Below are positions 38,009-51,700 of a stretch of DNA of 64,000 nt, in pieces. Origin of the DNA: Phoronis australis (lineage: Eukaryota; Animalia; Phoronida); contig NMRA01000693.1 of NCBI GenBank assembly GCA_002633005.1, forward strand, positions 1 through 64,000, in the 5' to 3' direction. Each line of letters begins with the position of its first letter. The first letter of the stretch is position 1. Under the pieces are notes generated by a model. That model was not told where the DNA came from, did no database searches, and was given only the letters and a program-made list of their open reading frames with translations. The translations under genes and the position numbers were made by a program.

Positions 38009-39867
38009 TTATCGATACCTACCTCAACTTCACTGTTGAACTTCCAAACTATGAAGGATTTGTCTGTCCAAGTTGATTCTGAAATTCCGGTTTTTCCAGT
38101 GGAGTATTCCAAGTACAGGGGAAATTGTTAAAATACTGCAGGGATAACAAGCTCATCTGTTGTACTGAATGTATTAGAAATCGTTAGCTGCTGGTTGCTG
38201 ACATATTTACTGGACTTTGGTTTGAAGTCCCTTTGGTCTCCAAGAGGTTTCTGCTATAACAATATAAATTTGCACTGGCGTAGCTTATATAATAAGAATA
38301 AAATTGGCATACCTTATATGCGCACATTATGCCTGTGTGTGAAGTTGTTAGAGGGCTGCCCTTATAAATGAAGCTTAGGAACATGTGCCTGTCATTGTAT
38401 GAAACAATTAACAAAAAAATATTTGAAGAAATGCGTCAACTTATTTAGGATACGATAGCCGCATTGACTAGCACCTGCAGGGGAGATGACTTTAAATTTG
38501 TTTCTTGTGGTTTCCCACTTATGGGATAGGACTTTGTTACTATGTCCATGATTCTGGAAATGAGTTTCATGCAGATTGCGTATTTGGAAAAAAGTCTAGT
38601 GCAACATTCACATGCTGTTTATTTAGAAGGCGAATTTGACATTTGCTCCATAGTCTGAGAAATTCTCCGATTTCGTCGTATGCTGTCTTATTGCATTGGC
38701 ATAGGAAGTTGTGGGGAGCACCCCTCTGCTAAGGTGACGTAGGAAGTAGGAGTGGGAGAGTATGTGCCCCAATTAATTCACAGTGGTTGAGTTGGGGGAA
38801 GGGTCCTCGAGAAAAATAAAATGCGAAACATTAAGAAGAAAGAAAAACTATCAACTATCAACCTGTGGGGTTTCTCTTTTGAGGCTTGGTGCAGAATATT
38901 ATGTTTGAGGCTCCCAGTTTTAATTGTTTTGCATACATACTTGGCAAAAGTCCGAGACAATTTGTTATGTGAAGACTTTCCAGTGAGAACAAATTGGTTC
39001 ATAATTTTGATTTCTTTGACACATTTTTGGGAATGCAAAGCTGTACTGCTCTGGGCCTTCTGTCAAGGGATAATAGAGTTACTTCATTTTTCCGGGTTTT
39101 TTTTTCTTTGAAACTGGGTACCCGAAGATGACATTCATGGTTACCCTTTTTCTGTTTTTCCTATTTACATGCAATCACGTAATTTTCGCCAATGCTGGAT
39201 CGATTGAAGTTCTTTTCCTGTTTTTGTGCACAACCAGATGTAGCAGGGAAGATGACCTAATTATGAAATTAACTGTCACTTTTTTCCAGTTTTAAGAATT
39301 TGGACTTTCNNNNNNNNNNNNNNNNNNNNNNNNNNNNNNNNNNNNNNNNNNNNNNNNNNNNNNNNNNNNNNNNNNNNNNNNNNNNNNNNNNNNNNNNNNN
39401 NNNNNNNNNNNNNNNNNNNNNNNNNNNNNNNNNNNNNNNNNNNNNNNNNNNNNNNNNNNNNNNNNNNNNNNNNNNNNNNNNNNNNNNNNNNNNNNNNNNN
39501 NNNNNNNNNNNNNNNNNNNNNNNNNNNNNNNNNNNNNNNNNNNNNNNNNNNNNNNNNNNNNNNNNNNNNNNNNNNNNNNNNNNNNNNNNNNNNNNNNNNN
39601 NNNNNNNNNNNNNNNNNNNNNNNNNNNNNNNNNNNNNNNNNNNNNNNNNNNNNNNNNNNNNNNNNNNNNNNNNNNNNNNNNNNNNNNNNNCACGACAGAG
39701 TATTAGCCGAGATTTTGCTCGCCAGACATTCCCACTCCCGAACTGCCAAATTGAATCTGGGAGAATTTCGGGGTGCCATGGCCCCCCTCTAAATGCGCCT
39801 CCGGATCCCCCCAGCGTCGGTCAAAAGCATGCCTTTTGTCTCTTTGGAGTTTCCCGCAACTTAAAAG

Positions 39868-40628
39868 TTAAGTCCGCATGGTACGCTTAGGGCGATAAGG
39901 AGAGAGGGCGGAAATGGTGACACTGATAGGGAAGAGACTGACTTTGGCCTTAGAGCAGCAAAAATTTGGCGAAACCAAATTGGCTTTAGTTCGACACAGT
40001 GGCAATCGCCTGCTACTATTTTCGGATGGTCTTGTATTCTGCCGGTGCCACCTCGTGAGTCCGTTTCTGTCGTCCGACTCTTTTTTTTCTGATAAATTGT
40101 TCGGAGGATCATTAGGAAAATTGTCTGAATTTGGTTCGTGCTGAGAAAACCACGATTGACGTTGACTTTCAGACTGCTCCAATTTAGTATGGTGTTCCCT
40201 GTAAAAGGTCAATTTTGTTTTTGCATTCGTGGCTGCCTTATTAAAATTTGGCAAGTATTTTCCTATGAATATGGCAAATGATGACGACGACTGTCGGAAG
40301 GATCTGCCTGCGGTTGTATCCACTGCGACAATTTTAGTTGTTAGCGTTTGGTCCTTGTACTCACTTCCTGTTTTACGGATTTTTTTTTTGAAATTTAGCA
40401 AATAGAATCTAAGACGACGCCTTTCCTTGCTCGGATGAATTAGACATATTTTGCATCTCCTGGTGGCTATTTTTAATGTTTTCGAGCCAGTTTTTTTCCT
40501 GCTTCCTGTACGTCCACCAAGTACCTCAAAGAGTTGTTACGGTTATTCCCGGAACGGCGGGTCCTGCCACGCAGTGCATCCTAATGAGGTGGTGAGGTGA
40601 TTTTCCCTATGCGGCCGTATCTCTTAAA
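39868..40628. mobile_element. Possible TTAA-flanked non-autonomous DNA transposon (Kolobok-like)
   Basis: TTAAGTCCGCATGGTACGCTTAGGG and CCCTATGCGGCCGTATCTCTTAA form a degenerate inverted pair. Confidence 0.35.
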
Positions 40629-40991
40629 CCCCTGATTAACCGGTCTTTATGAAATTTTGAAAGTATGTTGCCATGAACGAAACAACGTGTGAACGAATCC
40701 GTCTATTGTTGTGCCTTTTGGGGAATTTATTCTTTTATTACGCTTGACGCTGTATCTTTGCAATTCCTTCCCAGTCGTTTTTTTCTGGAATTTTGACAAA
40801 CAGGTTTGTATTACGGAGCCAGTGAAGGTCTTTAAAGTTTTAGAGGGGTCATCATGACCCAATTTTAGTTGTCTGTGAGTTCGACGTGTTCTGCGCCATT
40901 TCATGCTACTAATAACACCCTTCTAATCATACCGTTTGCGTTGCAGTACTTGTACGTGCATCGAGCATTAAAAATGCTTTGCGTCGCTGTT

Positions 40992-41262
40992 CAGGGGTAC
41001 CATAGAGTCATGCGCACGAGCATCGCATCTTAAGCATGAATCACCTATGAACCATGCATACGAACCCAAAAATCACGCATACGAACAAAAATACGCATGA
41101 GCATCTGAATCACACGCAAGGCTGACCACATGATTTTTGTTCGCATGCGTGCTTTTGAGGTTCGTATGCAAGATTCATGGGTTCGTATGCATGATTCATA
41201 AGTTCGTGAGTGTTTCGTGCATAAGATGCGATGCTTGTGCGTAAGATTCTGTGGTACCCCTG
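40992..41262. mobile_element. hAT-like fold-back MITE
   Basis: TIRs CAGGGGTACCATAGAGTC / GATTCTGTGGTACCCCTG with ~100-bp inverted arms of GCATACGAAC subrepeats; degenerate 8-bp flanks TCGCTGTT / CTCCTGTT. Confidence 0.8.
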
Positions 41263-42525
41263 CTCCTGTTCATTATCTAATCCTTCTCGAAAGCCTTTTG
41301 ACAGAAGCAGTAGAAGTGTATTGGAACTCGTTCGCGTCCACAAGCAGATTATGTTTATACAACAATGTTTATTCCGCATGTTGAGATACTGACTATATTT
41401 AAAGTAGCCATCGCGCTTCTTTAATAATTAATTAACGAAATAATTTGCTTTGTCGTAGAAAGGTCGCTCGATAAACAACGCCATCGTCATGGTGTTGGTC
41501 TTTAGTCCTTAGCATTGTTTAACCTATAGATCGTTCCCATTGTTTTCCCTTGTGTTCATTGGCCCACGTCCTGATCGACAGTGGCCAGCGTGAAACCTGT
41601 AGATCGATCTTAACAACAGTTAGAAAACAAGGATCAAGTGAGGTAACGAAAATATTTCGTGATTTTTTGTTAGCGTCTTATTAGCACCGTCTGCGGGATA
41701 GCTTATCGGCTTAACGGATGACTTCGCTGTTTGTTTGACAAGGTAAGATGATTAAATTAGAAAGACGTGTATTAATCACATCTAAAAAGTATTCCCTTGC
41801 ATATCTGCAATGAAAGATTTAGGTATCAAAAGAATTAACAACATTTTTTAAAAGTAAATGTAGATATTGGTACTGGTTGTGTAACACGGCTTACAGTGAT
41901 TCTACAGAACTTTTGACTTCGTTTCTCCTCAAAATGATGTTGTAAAAAATATTTTTAACTTGCGCCAATTTATAATTACCTGGGTCTGGGGTCTAATCTT
42001 CGTACTGAAATCAATCTTGAAATTATTTTTGACATTAACCTTCCAGCTTTTGTGCTTACGACAAATGTTTATCTTTCTGTATTCGAGTACATTATGGTTT
42101 ACGTTAAACTGAGCAGGCATTCCATGCTCCTGGCAAGAACGTTATACCTCGTCTCGTAACCGCAATGGCACTTAGTCTGTGGCAAGTTACTTTTTTTTCA
42201 TTTTTAAGCATTTTCATGAAATGATTTTCCAACTTATTTTGAATAATGATATGTTTGTTATCGGATTTTTTAGAAACATTTTTATTTACACTTTCGGATC
42301 ACATGTAAATGGGTGGAGACCATGATGAGGCTTACAATGTGTTACAAATGAATCGCCTTTTTCATTCCAGTCTGTTTAATTTGTCCAAAAAACAAGTTTT
42401 TTGAAACAGACAACTGAAATTGGAAATGCAACTAATGATCTTAAAACTTGATAACTTATGAAGTGAAAATCACTGGTAACTGTGAACAATTTTCAGTCTC
42501 GGTACAGGAATTTAGAACCACCTAG

Positions 42526-42724
42526 ATGTCTCGAAGAAGTAACACTATCGCAATGCGTCACAAAATGGCCGCCTGGCGAGCCATGAGTGTCTTCCGGCAA
42601 CCATATCTACAAGGCACTGTAGTGAAGGAGGAAGAGGGGTCAGGCTCGGAAAGTGAAGGTTCGGACAGCGAAATGTATGACACGGATTTAGAGTTGGATG
42701 ACGTCAAGAAGTCAGAAGTAGCGA
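42526..42724 (+). CDS. LRRC74: LRRC74-like exon 1
   Basis: ATG after acceptor TTTCAG at ~42496; YDTDLE; donor A|GTACGT. Confidence 0.75.
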
Positions 42725-45700
42725 GTACGTTTTTCCTTTTCCAATTGGTGCGCCAAACCTAGCAATCTCGTTACTCAAACCATTTTCAAAGTTTGTTTCT
42801 TTAAAGATTGTGTAGACGTGGTCTCACATATAGAGATGTGTGTAGCTAGTCGTCAATCAGCTTATCTCAGCTATAAGAGGTGGCTGGGCAATCGAAACTC
42901 TCCTTGAACGCTTGAGACAACACTGAGTCCCTGCAGCTCGCCTTAAATTATTATAAAGACAAACACACCGAAGTTCCTATGAGAATGTCTGTCGGCTCAT
43001 GAAAATTATATGAAAGGAAATAGTTTGCATTCATCGACTTTCTTCACCGGTATCCGATACATAAATAATTAGTGTTACCGTGCACTATATTTGCATTACC
43101 TTTTGACACATTTTCAATCCTTGTTGCCAATCGTTGGTTTATTCAACTCAGTGGTAAATGATTTGTTTCCAACCCGCATGTTTTCAATATGTCGCACGTC
43201 ATATGACTTTCCCCAAGCGTTCAACAATATCATGATCATATTCTCATTCGTAATATGCTTAGTGTTCGAAATCATCGGTTATCACCCATACCGTCGTTGT
43301 CGTCGTCATCGGTAACTGTTTCGGCCTGACTTGTCATTTGGTATTACTGTTAGCATTGTTTTACAGTTATTTGTCATTGATATACTATTAGTCATATTTT
43401 TGTGTTTATATTATGACATATTCTTAATAAAACAGAAACAAAGAAGCACGCGGACCGTGAAATCAACGCAAACAGGTATAAGATGATCTGTGACGAGATT
43501 TGTCAGGCACAACAGCGAACAGTCATCAAAAATTTGTCACAAGAAGTGCTGAATCTGTCTAACAGAAACCTCGGACATGGTGCCACCACTGGACTGTTTG
43601 CTGCTCTTGTGGTATGTGTTTTGATAACGTTTATTTACATGATTTTTAAAAGAATCCTTCAAATTGTGTTCATTTGGAGAACAACATGTAGGCCTTGCGA
43701 ATTTCCGATTGGGTTAAAGGGTGGTTTAGTTAATTATTGACAAGAGTGTCATTTCTCAGTTCAAAGAAATAATTAATGCAATGTTTCCTCGGTATTGAGA
43801 TCCTGCTCAACCGTCTGCCATGTGTTTCTTTGCAGACGAATTCTCACGTGACGCACTTAGATCTGAGCGGGAACGATCTTGGTTACGAAGGCGGACAGGA
43901 CATCGCGGCAGTCTTAGAGGAGAATTACCACATTGAGCATCTGGTGAGTTTCCAGTGGAAACGTTTCAGGAATAAACGCTAAGTTCACCATATATTTCTA
44001 CGATCAAATATAGCCGACAAAGATTTATACTGCAAATGGTGCGCCACCCATGTTAAACTCTTGTGCTGGTGCGAATCCTTCCTACCTGTGCCTATGTAAG
44101 TGAATCGCTGGCGCATGTACCTACACGCAAAACACTTGTCTAAACATTTTTGAAAAAAACGCATTGCTTCATAGCAGGTGTAGCGCCTATGCAGTAGAGG
44201 ATAATCGGGCAATATCAAAGCGACACGAGACACATTCAGTCTTCCGCGAGTAGCATGAAAACATAATTTAACTTTTAGCAAATGGAAACTGTCTGACTGC
44301 CGATAAAAGCTGCGTTTGGGACAGGTTCATGTTTGCTATTGGTCAGGAATTTGTTTATAGCGTCTGCATTGGAAACATGGGATACCATGTGCTTTTATTT
44401 CAGAATTTATCGAATAACAACTTTGGGAAGACGGGTGTGGCCAAACGATTCAGTGAAATGATGCAAAACAATACTTCTGTCCTTGAACTGAATTTATCTG
44501 GTAAGTGCTCAGCTTATAACTTATAACATTTCAGGCTGTCGCATGACCCATGAGTGACATGGCTGCCATTATTTGGAATTATTGGTTTGGTAGACACCGA
44601 GTGCTCCATTGTATATACAGGATTGAAAACAAAATCGTTTTTACTTCGTTTACTCCTATTTTTCAGGAAACGATTTCGATGAGGAAGATGCCAAATACTT
44701 GGCGTACGGAATCCATCATAACGACAGAATTACGTCTCTAGATTTGAGCCACAATGCGTTTGAGGAGACTGGGGCACAGTATATTGGAAAAGGCCTTGGT
44801 AATTCCTGTCTTGCATTTGCTCATTAGAGAAAGCAAACCAATTGTTATCGTTTCTGGACAATCCCCGGAAACTGGTGTTTACGGACCTGAAGTGAATGGC
44901 GCAGCAGGTTACTAGTGGTCAGGGCATGGCCCTACACTTTCAATGGTTTATTGGAATGCACAAGGATTAGAAAATGAAATTGTTAGGAACGAAATTCAAA
45001 TATACTAATCGACTTTCGATATAATTTGTATCTGTGAAACATGGGCAAAACGCTCAGATCAATTTGAGCTGTGTGGCTATGACTCGTTTAATCTATGTTA
45101 TAATAAGAAAAAAAAGGAGATACTCTGGAGGCTAAATATTTCAAGCGCATACATTCACAGTTTCCCTTTGGTATCTGTATGAAATGCGAGAGGGAACTAT
45201 TTGGTGTTGTTCAGGATGTTTTGATGTTTTTTTGTTTATTTGCCCCCTGAGGGTTCAAGTCCATATTTTAATTCACCACAGAACAGCAGAATATTATTGT
45301 TGCATAGAGAGATTACAAACTTGGCTGATCGTTTCAGTGATTGTTCGTTGGCTATTGTGGGCGATCTCAATGCCAGAACAGGGGATCTGGTAGACTTCAT
45401 TTTAGATGATAGGCCAAATTATTTGCCATGCTAGGACTGGTAGGCTACGAAGTGGATACATTTAGTTTGCCTAGGAATTCTAAGGACGAAGTTGTAAACA
45501 ATTTCGGTAAAACTGTCATTGGGTTATGTCACGAACTTTGTATTCATATTGTCAACGGTGACAATGAGTTTACCTGTCTGTCGGGAGGCGGACGTAGTCT
45601 TGTGGATTATGTATTATTATCTACACAATTATTTGATTTAGTAGAGGATTTTTTGTGGATGAATGGGATGAATCTGATCATCTGCCAGTTATTTGTAAGT

Positions 45701-48700
45701 TTAGGTGTTGTAGGTCAGAGACCAATCCTCCTATGGTTCCAATGTTACACCCGCCGGATTTAGTGGGAGAGCTCTCGGCACAGGCATTCTCTCGGGTTTT
45801 TTCAACTGGTGCTGAGAATTGTACGGCGGAATGCGGTCCGATCCATAACAGATTTGCTGTGGCAGTGAGCCGTATTAACCATGATGAAAACTCGTATGTC
45901 TACTAATAGTCAGACTAAAGTAAATCGAAACTCGGCGACAAAGCAGCTACCCTGGTGGGATGATGAATTAGCTTCGGCCAGCAGGAAATGACTGAACATG
46001 ATAGTTCCAGTGAAAAGTGTACTAACAAATTACCCATCTGATCTTAATACTGATTTTTTGCCTTCTGAAATATATGAGGCAATTGAACAATTGCCTAATG
46101 GCAAGGCTGGGGGTTATGATGGTGTGATTTTTGAAATACTGAAGTGCACTGAGGTAACGATAGTGCCAGTCTTGCATAAGTTATTTAATGCAATTTTTGA
46201 TTCTGGGTATTATCCCCAGTCTTGGTGTGACGCAGTGCTTACTCCAGTAAATAAACAAGGTAATATCAATGACGAAAATCACTATATAGGTATTTCCCTG
46301 TTGTCTGCTTTGGGAAAACTTTTTACCAAACTTTTAAATAATCGTCTTTATTACTGGGCTGAATATAATGATAAACTTTATGACTCTCAAGCTGGGTTTA
46401 GAAAAGGCTACTCTACAATTGACCAAGTGTTTACACTTCAAGCTATGTGTCACAAGTATTTGAGTCGGCAGGTGGGAGATTTTAATGTGCTTTTGTAGAT
46501 TTCTCGAAGGCATTCGATCGAATCCCACATAATTTACTCTTCTATAGGTTGAAAAACATTGATGTGCATGGTAAAATTTTCAACATAATCCGCTCTATGT
46601 ATAGTAAGTTGCGCACTTGTGTGAAAACTCAAGCTGGTCTTACAGAGTTCTTTGATTGTATTGTTGGCACTCGCCAGGGTTGCATGATCAACCCATTGTT
46701 ATTTGTGTTGTATCTAAATGAATTTCTGGATCAACTGAGTGCGAAAAGTAACATCTGCTTTCTGAAACATTCAGTTTTGGTTGAAATCACAATAACAAGT
46801 TTTATTGTATTTTTGATATCAAGTGTGTAGAAGTTTGGTCATGAGATATCAATTCCTTGATATTGAAGTCGTTATCGTATTTCTGTGTATAACAGTAGGT
46901 GTTGGAATTAATGGCAGTGAGACTTTCTTAATTTTTAGCTTAACATGTTTTATGTATATCTCGCAGGAGACAACGGTGGTATTGTTCACTTGAATCTGAG
47001 CTGGAATAACATACGTAAAAAGGGTGCTGTCACCGTGTTCAAATCTTTGAAGGTAACGTCTAGTGCTGGAACCTTTCGACAATGCCTTCTCTGTCAATAA
47101 ATACAAACAACAACGATGGCAAATTAAAAATACTAACATGAATGTGCAAGACTAATCGATGCGTCTGTCTGCACAATATATAGCCTTCGGATACTTGTAC
47201 CGGTAAACAAAATCTGACTACTCCATCCCATGAGAGTGAAAGGTCTGTTTTTATCTTTATCTTCAAATGCTAACGTTTTTCATTGTCATGAATACTAACT
47301 GTTTCTTCTTGCACATTTCATTTTGTAAAACTTTAAGTACAGATATTGATACACATGATGTAGACCAAGGCTGTAGCGTCATGATAACATACCGTATACG
47401 ATTTTTGCTATCTTTTCAGTATAACTGCATTCTACAAACTCTTGACATGTCCTTTAACGGTCTTGGCTACGAAGGATCGCTCTCTCTCGGCGAGATGTTG
47501 AAGAAAAATAAGACTCTCAAGTTCCTTGACGTCAGGGAAAATCGGATTAATTGGGAAGGCGCCATTTTTATTGCCGGTGGCTTACAGGAGAACGATACTT
47601 TACATACAATCAAGGTACTGACATAAAAAATATTTGGCAAATAACTACTATGGTCGGTTGATTTAGAAATATACAGCCGTCTAAGAATGTTCTACGTGTT
47701 TGGCCCAGGTATTTCTCAATATATCAAACCCAAATTGCTATGATCCTCGTTAAAAAGTGCGTCACTTTAAGTAATTTTGTGATTTCCGATACCTGGGAAA
47801 TTGGGTATCCCAATTCTTTTTCAGTTGGACTTTGATATTTATTTCATGCGCAGTTGCACTCGCATTACGCACCTAATATGCGTCTCAATCATTTTGCGTG
47901 TGTTTCAAAGACGCCTACATGCCCTCAGAACGGCCCAGTACGCCTGATATGTTGGGCATGCACAAAACTATGCTGTGTGCGCTGTCAGGCAGGACATCAT
48001 AACTTGTAAGTAGGCTTTCCATCGGTCCCGCATCGGTCAACCGGTTTACGAATACGCTACGTTTTCGTGATTTATAAGCAGTTCATACGCGGCAATGCTC
48101 TGATCTCCGCCGGGCACGTGCTTCGAGCCTCGGACAAGCACTTGTAGCGTAGATAAGAAATCGTAGTGAATGTCGATGTATCATTTTTCCACGACTCAAA
48201 TATTCGTAGCAAGAAAAACGTGTTGCGCACTGCATACGCAAATCATAACCATGATTTTTTTTATTTTTTTATAATGTTTATTACGAAATCTTCGATACAA
48301 TGAATATACATAACCAAGAAAGCGCCAAGAGGCATTATATCTGGGTTAAAAAGTACAAAGAAATCTATACACAATTATTTTACACAAATATATAAAAAAG
48401 AAATCTGTATACAATTATTTAAATTAATAAAACTGTTGTTAAGATTATAATGACACATGATTACGAAAGTAAATAAATTATTTTCATACACATGTATACA
48501 ATTCTATCCACCCACACAAAGAGATTTAATATTATAAAGAAATTTTGATACTATTTCGAATAAAACCTTATTTTCATTTGGGTTGAGTTCTTGACTTCCA
48601 TATAGAAAAAAAATAATTTTGTTGTACACTTGCGTAATTTCAGAATATTTTTTGTAAATATTGGAGTATTGTTCGAGTGTCTGGAAAAGCTGTACCCTCT

Positions 48701-51700
48701 GCTCCTTGCATACCTCACAAGCAAAGAAAACATGAGCATTTGTCTGTGCGTCTCCACAGCAAAATATTATTAAAATTATGTCTAAATTTCTCGTTGTTTA
48801 GGAATAGACCGCATCTTGATCTGTATAGGATTATTTCGTGGTTGCGGGGAAGTAGGAACGATGTCAGTGGGACTGGCAACTCTTGAGTAGTCCTATGCAT
48901 TTTGGAGTTATTATACCCATGATTCGTTAAATACATGTTAGATGTGCGACACTCATAAGTCAAAGTAATTGACAACTTTGAAATTTTGAGTGAAACTTTT
49001 TCATAATGAAGAATTTGATAGTCTACACGTATGGATAAGTTCGACAGGACCAACTTCTTTTATTTTTGTATGAAGCAGTGCATTAAATTCAAGTCTGCAT
49101 AAAATAGTTAACCGTTTAGCTAAAAATAACTTAGATGACTTAGCGTCTTGAACCTGATCTCTACTTGTTGCCCACTTATGTTGAGAATCATGCACTCATC
49201 CAGGGGGAGGCTCGGGGGATCGAAGGAGCCCCCCNGCATTACGCACCTAATATGCGTCTCAATCATTTTGCGTGTGTTTCAAAGACGCCTACATGCCCTC
49301 AGAACGGCCCAGTACGCCTGATATGTTGGGCATGCACAAAACTATGCTGTGTGCGCTGTCAGGCAGGACATCATAACTTGTTAGTAGGCTTTCCATCGGT
49401 CCCGCATCGGTCAACCGGTTTACGAATACGCTACGTTTTCGTGATTTATAAGCAGTTCATACGCGGCAATGCTCTGATCTCCGCCGGGCACGTGCTTCGA
49501 GCCTCGGACATGCACTTGTAGCGTAGATAAGAAATCGTAGTGAATGTCGATGTATTATTTTTCCACGACTCAAATATTCGTAGCAAGAAAAACGTGTTGC
49601 GCACTGCATACGCAAACCATAACCATGATTTTTTATTTTTTTTTTAAATGTTTATTACGAAATCTTCGATACAATGAATATACATAACCCAGAAAGCGCC
49701 AAGAGGCATTTTATCTGGGTTAAAAAAGTACAAAGAAATCTATATACAATTATTTTACACAAATACATAAAAAGGAAATCTGTATACAATTATTTTATAC
49801 AAATACATAAATTAAAAAACTGTTGTTAAGATTATTACGAAAGTAAATAAATTATTTTCATACACATGCCATGTGTATACAATTCTATCCACTCACACAA
49901 AGAGATTTAATATTATAAAGAAATTTTGATACTATTTCGAATAAAACCTTTTAATTATTTTCATTTGGGATGAGTTCTTGACTTCCATATAGAAAAAAAA
50001 AATTTGTTGTACACTTGCGTAATTTCAGAATATTTTTTTGTAAATATTGGAGTATTGTTCGAGTGTCTCTGCTCCTTGCATACCTCACAAGCAAAGAAAA
50101 CATGAGCATTTGTCTGTGCGTCTCCCCCGCAACACAGAGGCGAAATATTATTAAAATTATGTCTAAATTTCTCGTTGTTTAGGAATAGACCGCATCTTGA
50201 TCTGTATAGGATTATTTCGTGGTTGCGGGAAAGTAGGAACGATGTCAGTGGGAGTAGTACTATGCATTTTGAAGTTACTATACCCATGATTCGTTAAATA
50301 CATGTTAGATGTGCGACACTCATAAGTCAAAGTAATTGAAAACTTTGAAATTTTGAGTGAAAATTTTTCATAATGAAGAATTTGATAGTCTACACGTATG
50401 GATAAGATCGACAGGACCAACTTCTTTTATTTTTTTGTACGAAGCAGTGCATTAAATTCAAGTCTGCATAACTGCATAAAATAGTTAACCATTTAGCTAA
50501 AAATAACTTAGATGACTTAGCGTCTTGAACCTGATCTCTACTTGTTGCCCACTCATGTTGAGAATCATGCGCGCATCCAGGGGGGGAGACTCGGGGGGAT
50601 CGAAGGCGTCCCCCATTTGGCGAAGTGGGTAAAAAGGTCCGCCTCAGAGAAACAAAAACGTCCGAGAAAACGAGACAACAAAAGTCCACTAAAAAGGCGC
50701 AGACGCACAGTTCACAGACCTGAAGTTGGTAACCTGTTTTTTAGTCCTCCCGCTTTTTTGTTAGCAAAAGGTCCACTTTTTCAGAGATTCGACCCCTCAT
50801 ATTAAAGGCTGGGTGCGCGCATGAGAATGGTTTCTCAAGAACAGGGAATTTTTTGTGACGATGTTAACAAGCCGTTGAGGAGACAGTGTGGCTCAGTAGT
50901 TAGAGCTCCGGACTCCCATTTAAGAGACCTTGACTAAATCCTGGCTTCTCTGGCTGACATTCGTGTATTGCACAAAGGTGTCTCATATATTCCTCTTGAG
51001 CTCGGTCTTACTAATGAATGTGTGCAAGGGACTGAATAAAAACCTGGATTGCTAAAGCGATTTCTGAGGCTGCGGGAAATTTTTAATAACCTGTCAGCCC
51101 TTAGTCTCGGCCAATAGGAACTGTCCGGTTCTGTCTTAGACCTGTGATCACTTCTAATCTAAGTAAAGAATAAATAGGTACCATTATGTGTCATTGTAAG
51201 TAGTCTAAATCAAAAATTAATTTTTGATTGAAGCTGAGTATATAGCAGGTTTTATTTTAATGTCCCATCAGCTCGCCGGAAACCCATTAACAACTACTGG
51301 TTGCTTGGACATTGTTGAGGCTATCTACGAAAATGCAAGCAAGGCAGGTCTTAAGCTACTGGATATTGAGGTATGGCATGTTTCCTAATTATTCAACTAT
51401 ATTTGTCAGCTATTTGTTTTTTCCCTCGTCCCTTAAGAGTTCCGTAATCTATATCTGCCGTGTTTTTCATTGACCTCGTCAACGTCACCCATTTCTGTTT
51501 TCTCTAGGGGATACCTGTGGTAAAGGAATTTGAGATGACAGCTTTCTCGATTCAACGCAAACGCGAATTCAACTGGAAACACGGTGGCGTAGTGCCTAGT
51601 CATGACATTCTAGGCTCCAGGCATGGTAGGTTGAGTGTTGACTAATTTCCCATAGCCCCGTCCTACTGTCAAAATGATTAACTCATAACAGCGTTGACTA

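Noticed and set aside
39276-39890. Long ORFs across 39.3-39.7 kb
   Set aside because: They consist mostly of N gap.
39868-40401. 177-aa minus-strand ORF
   Set aside because: No recognisable domain or splice context, and it lies in a probable non-autonomous transposon.
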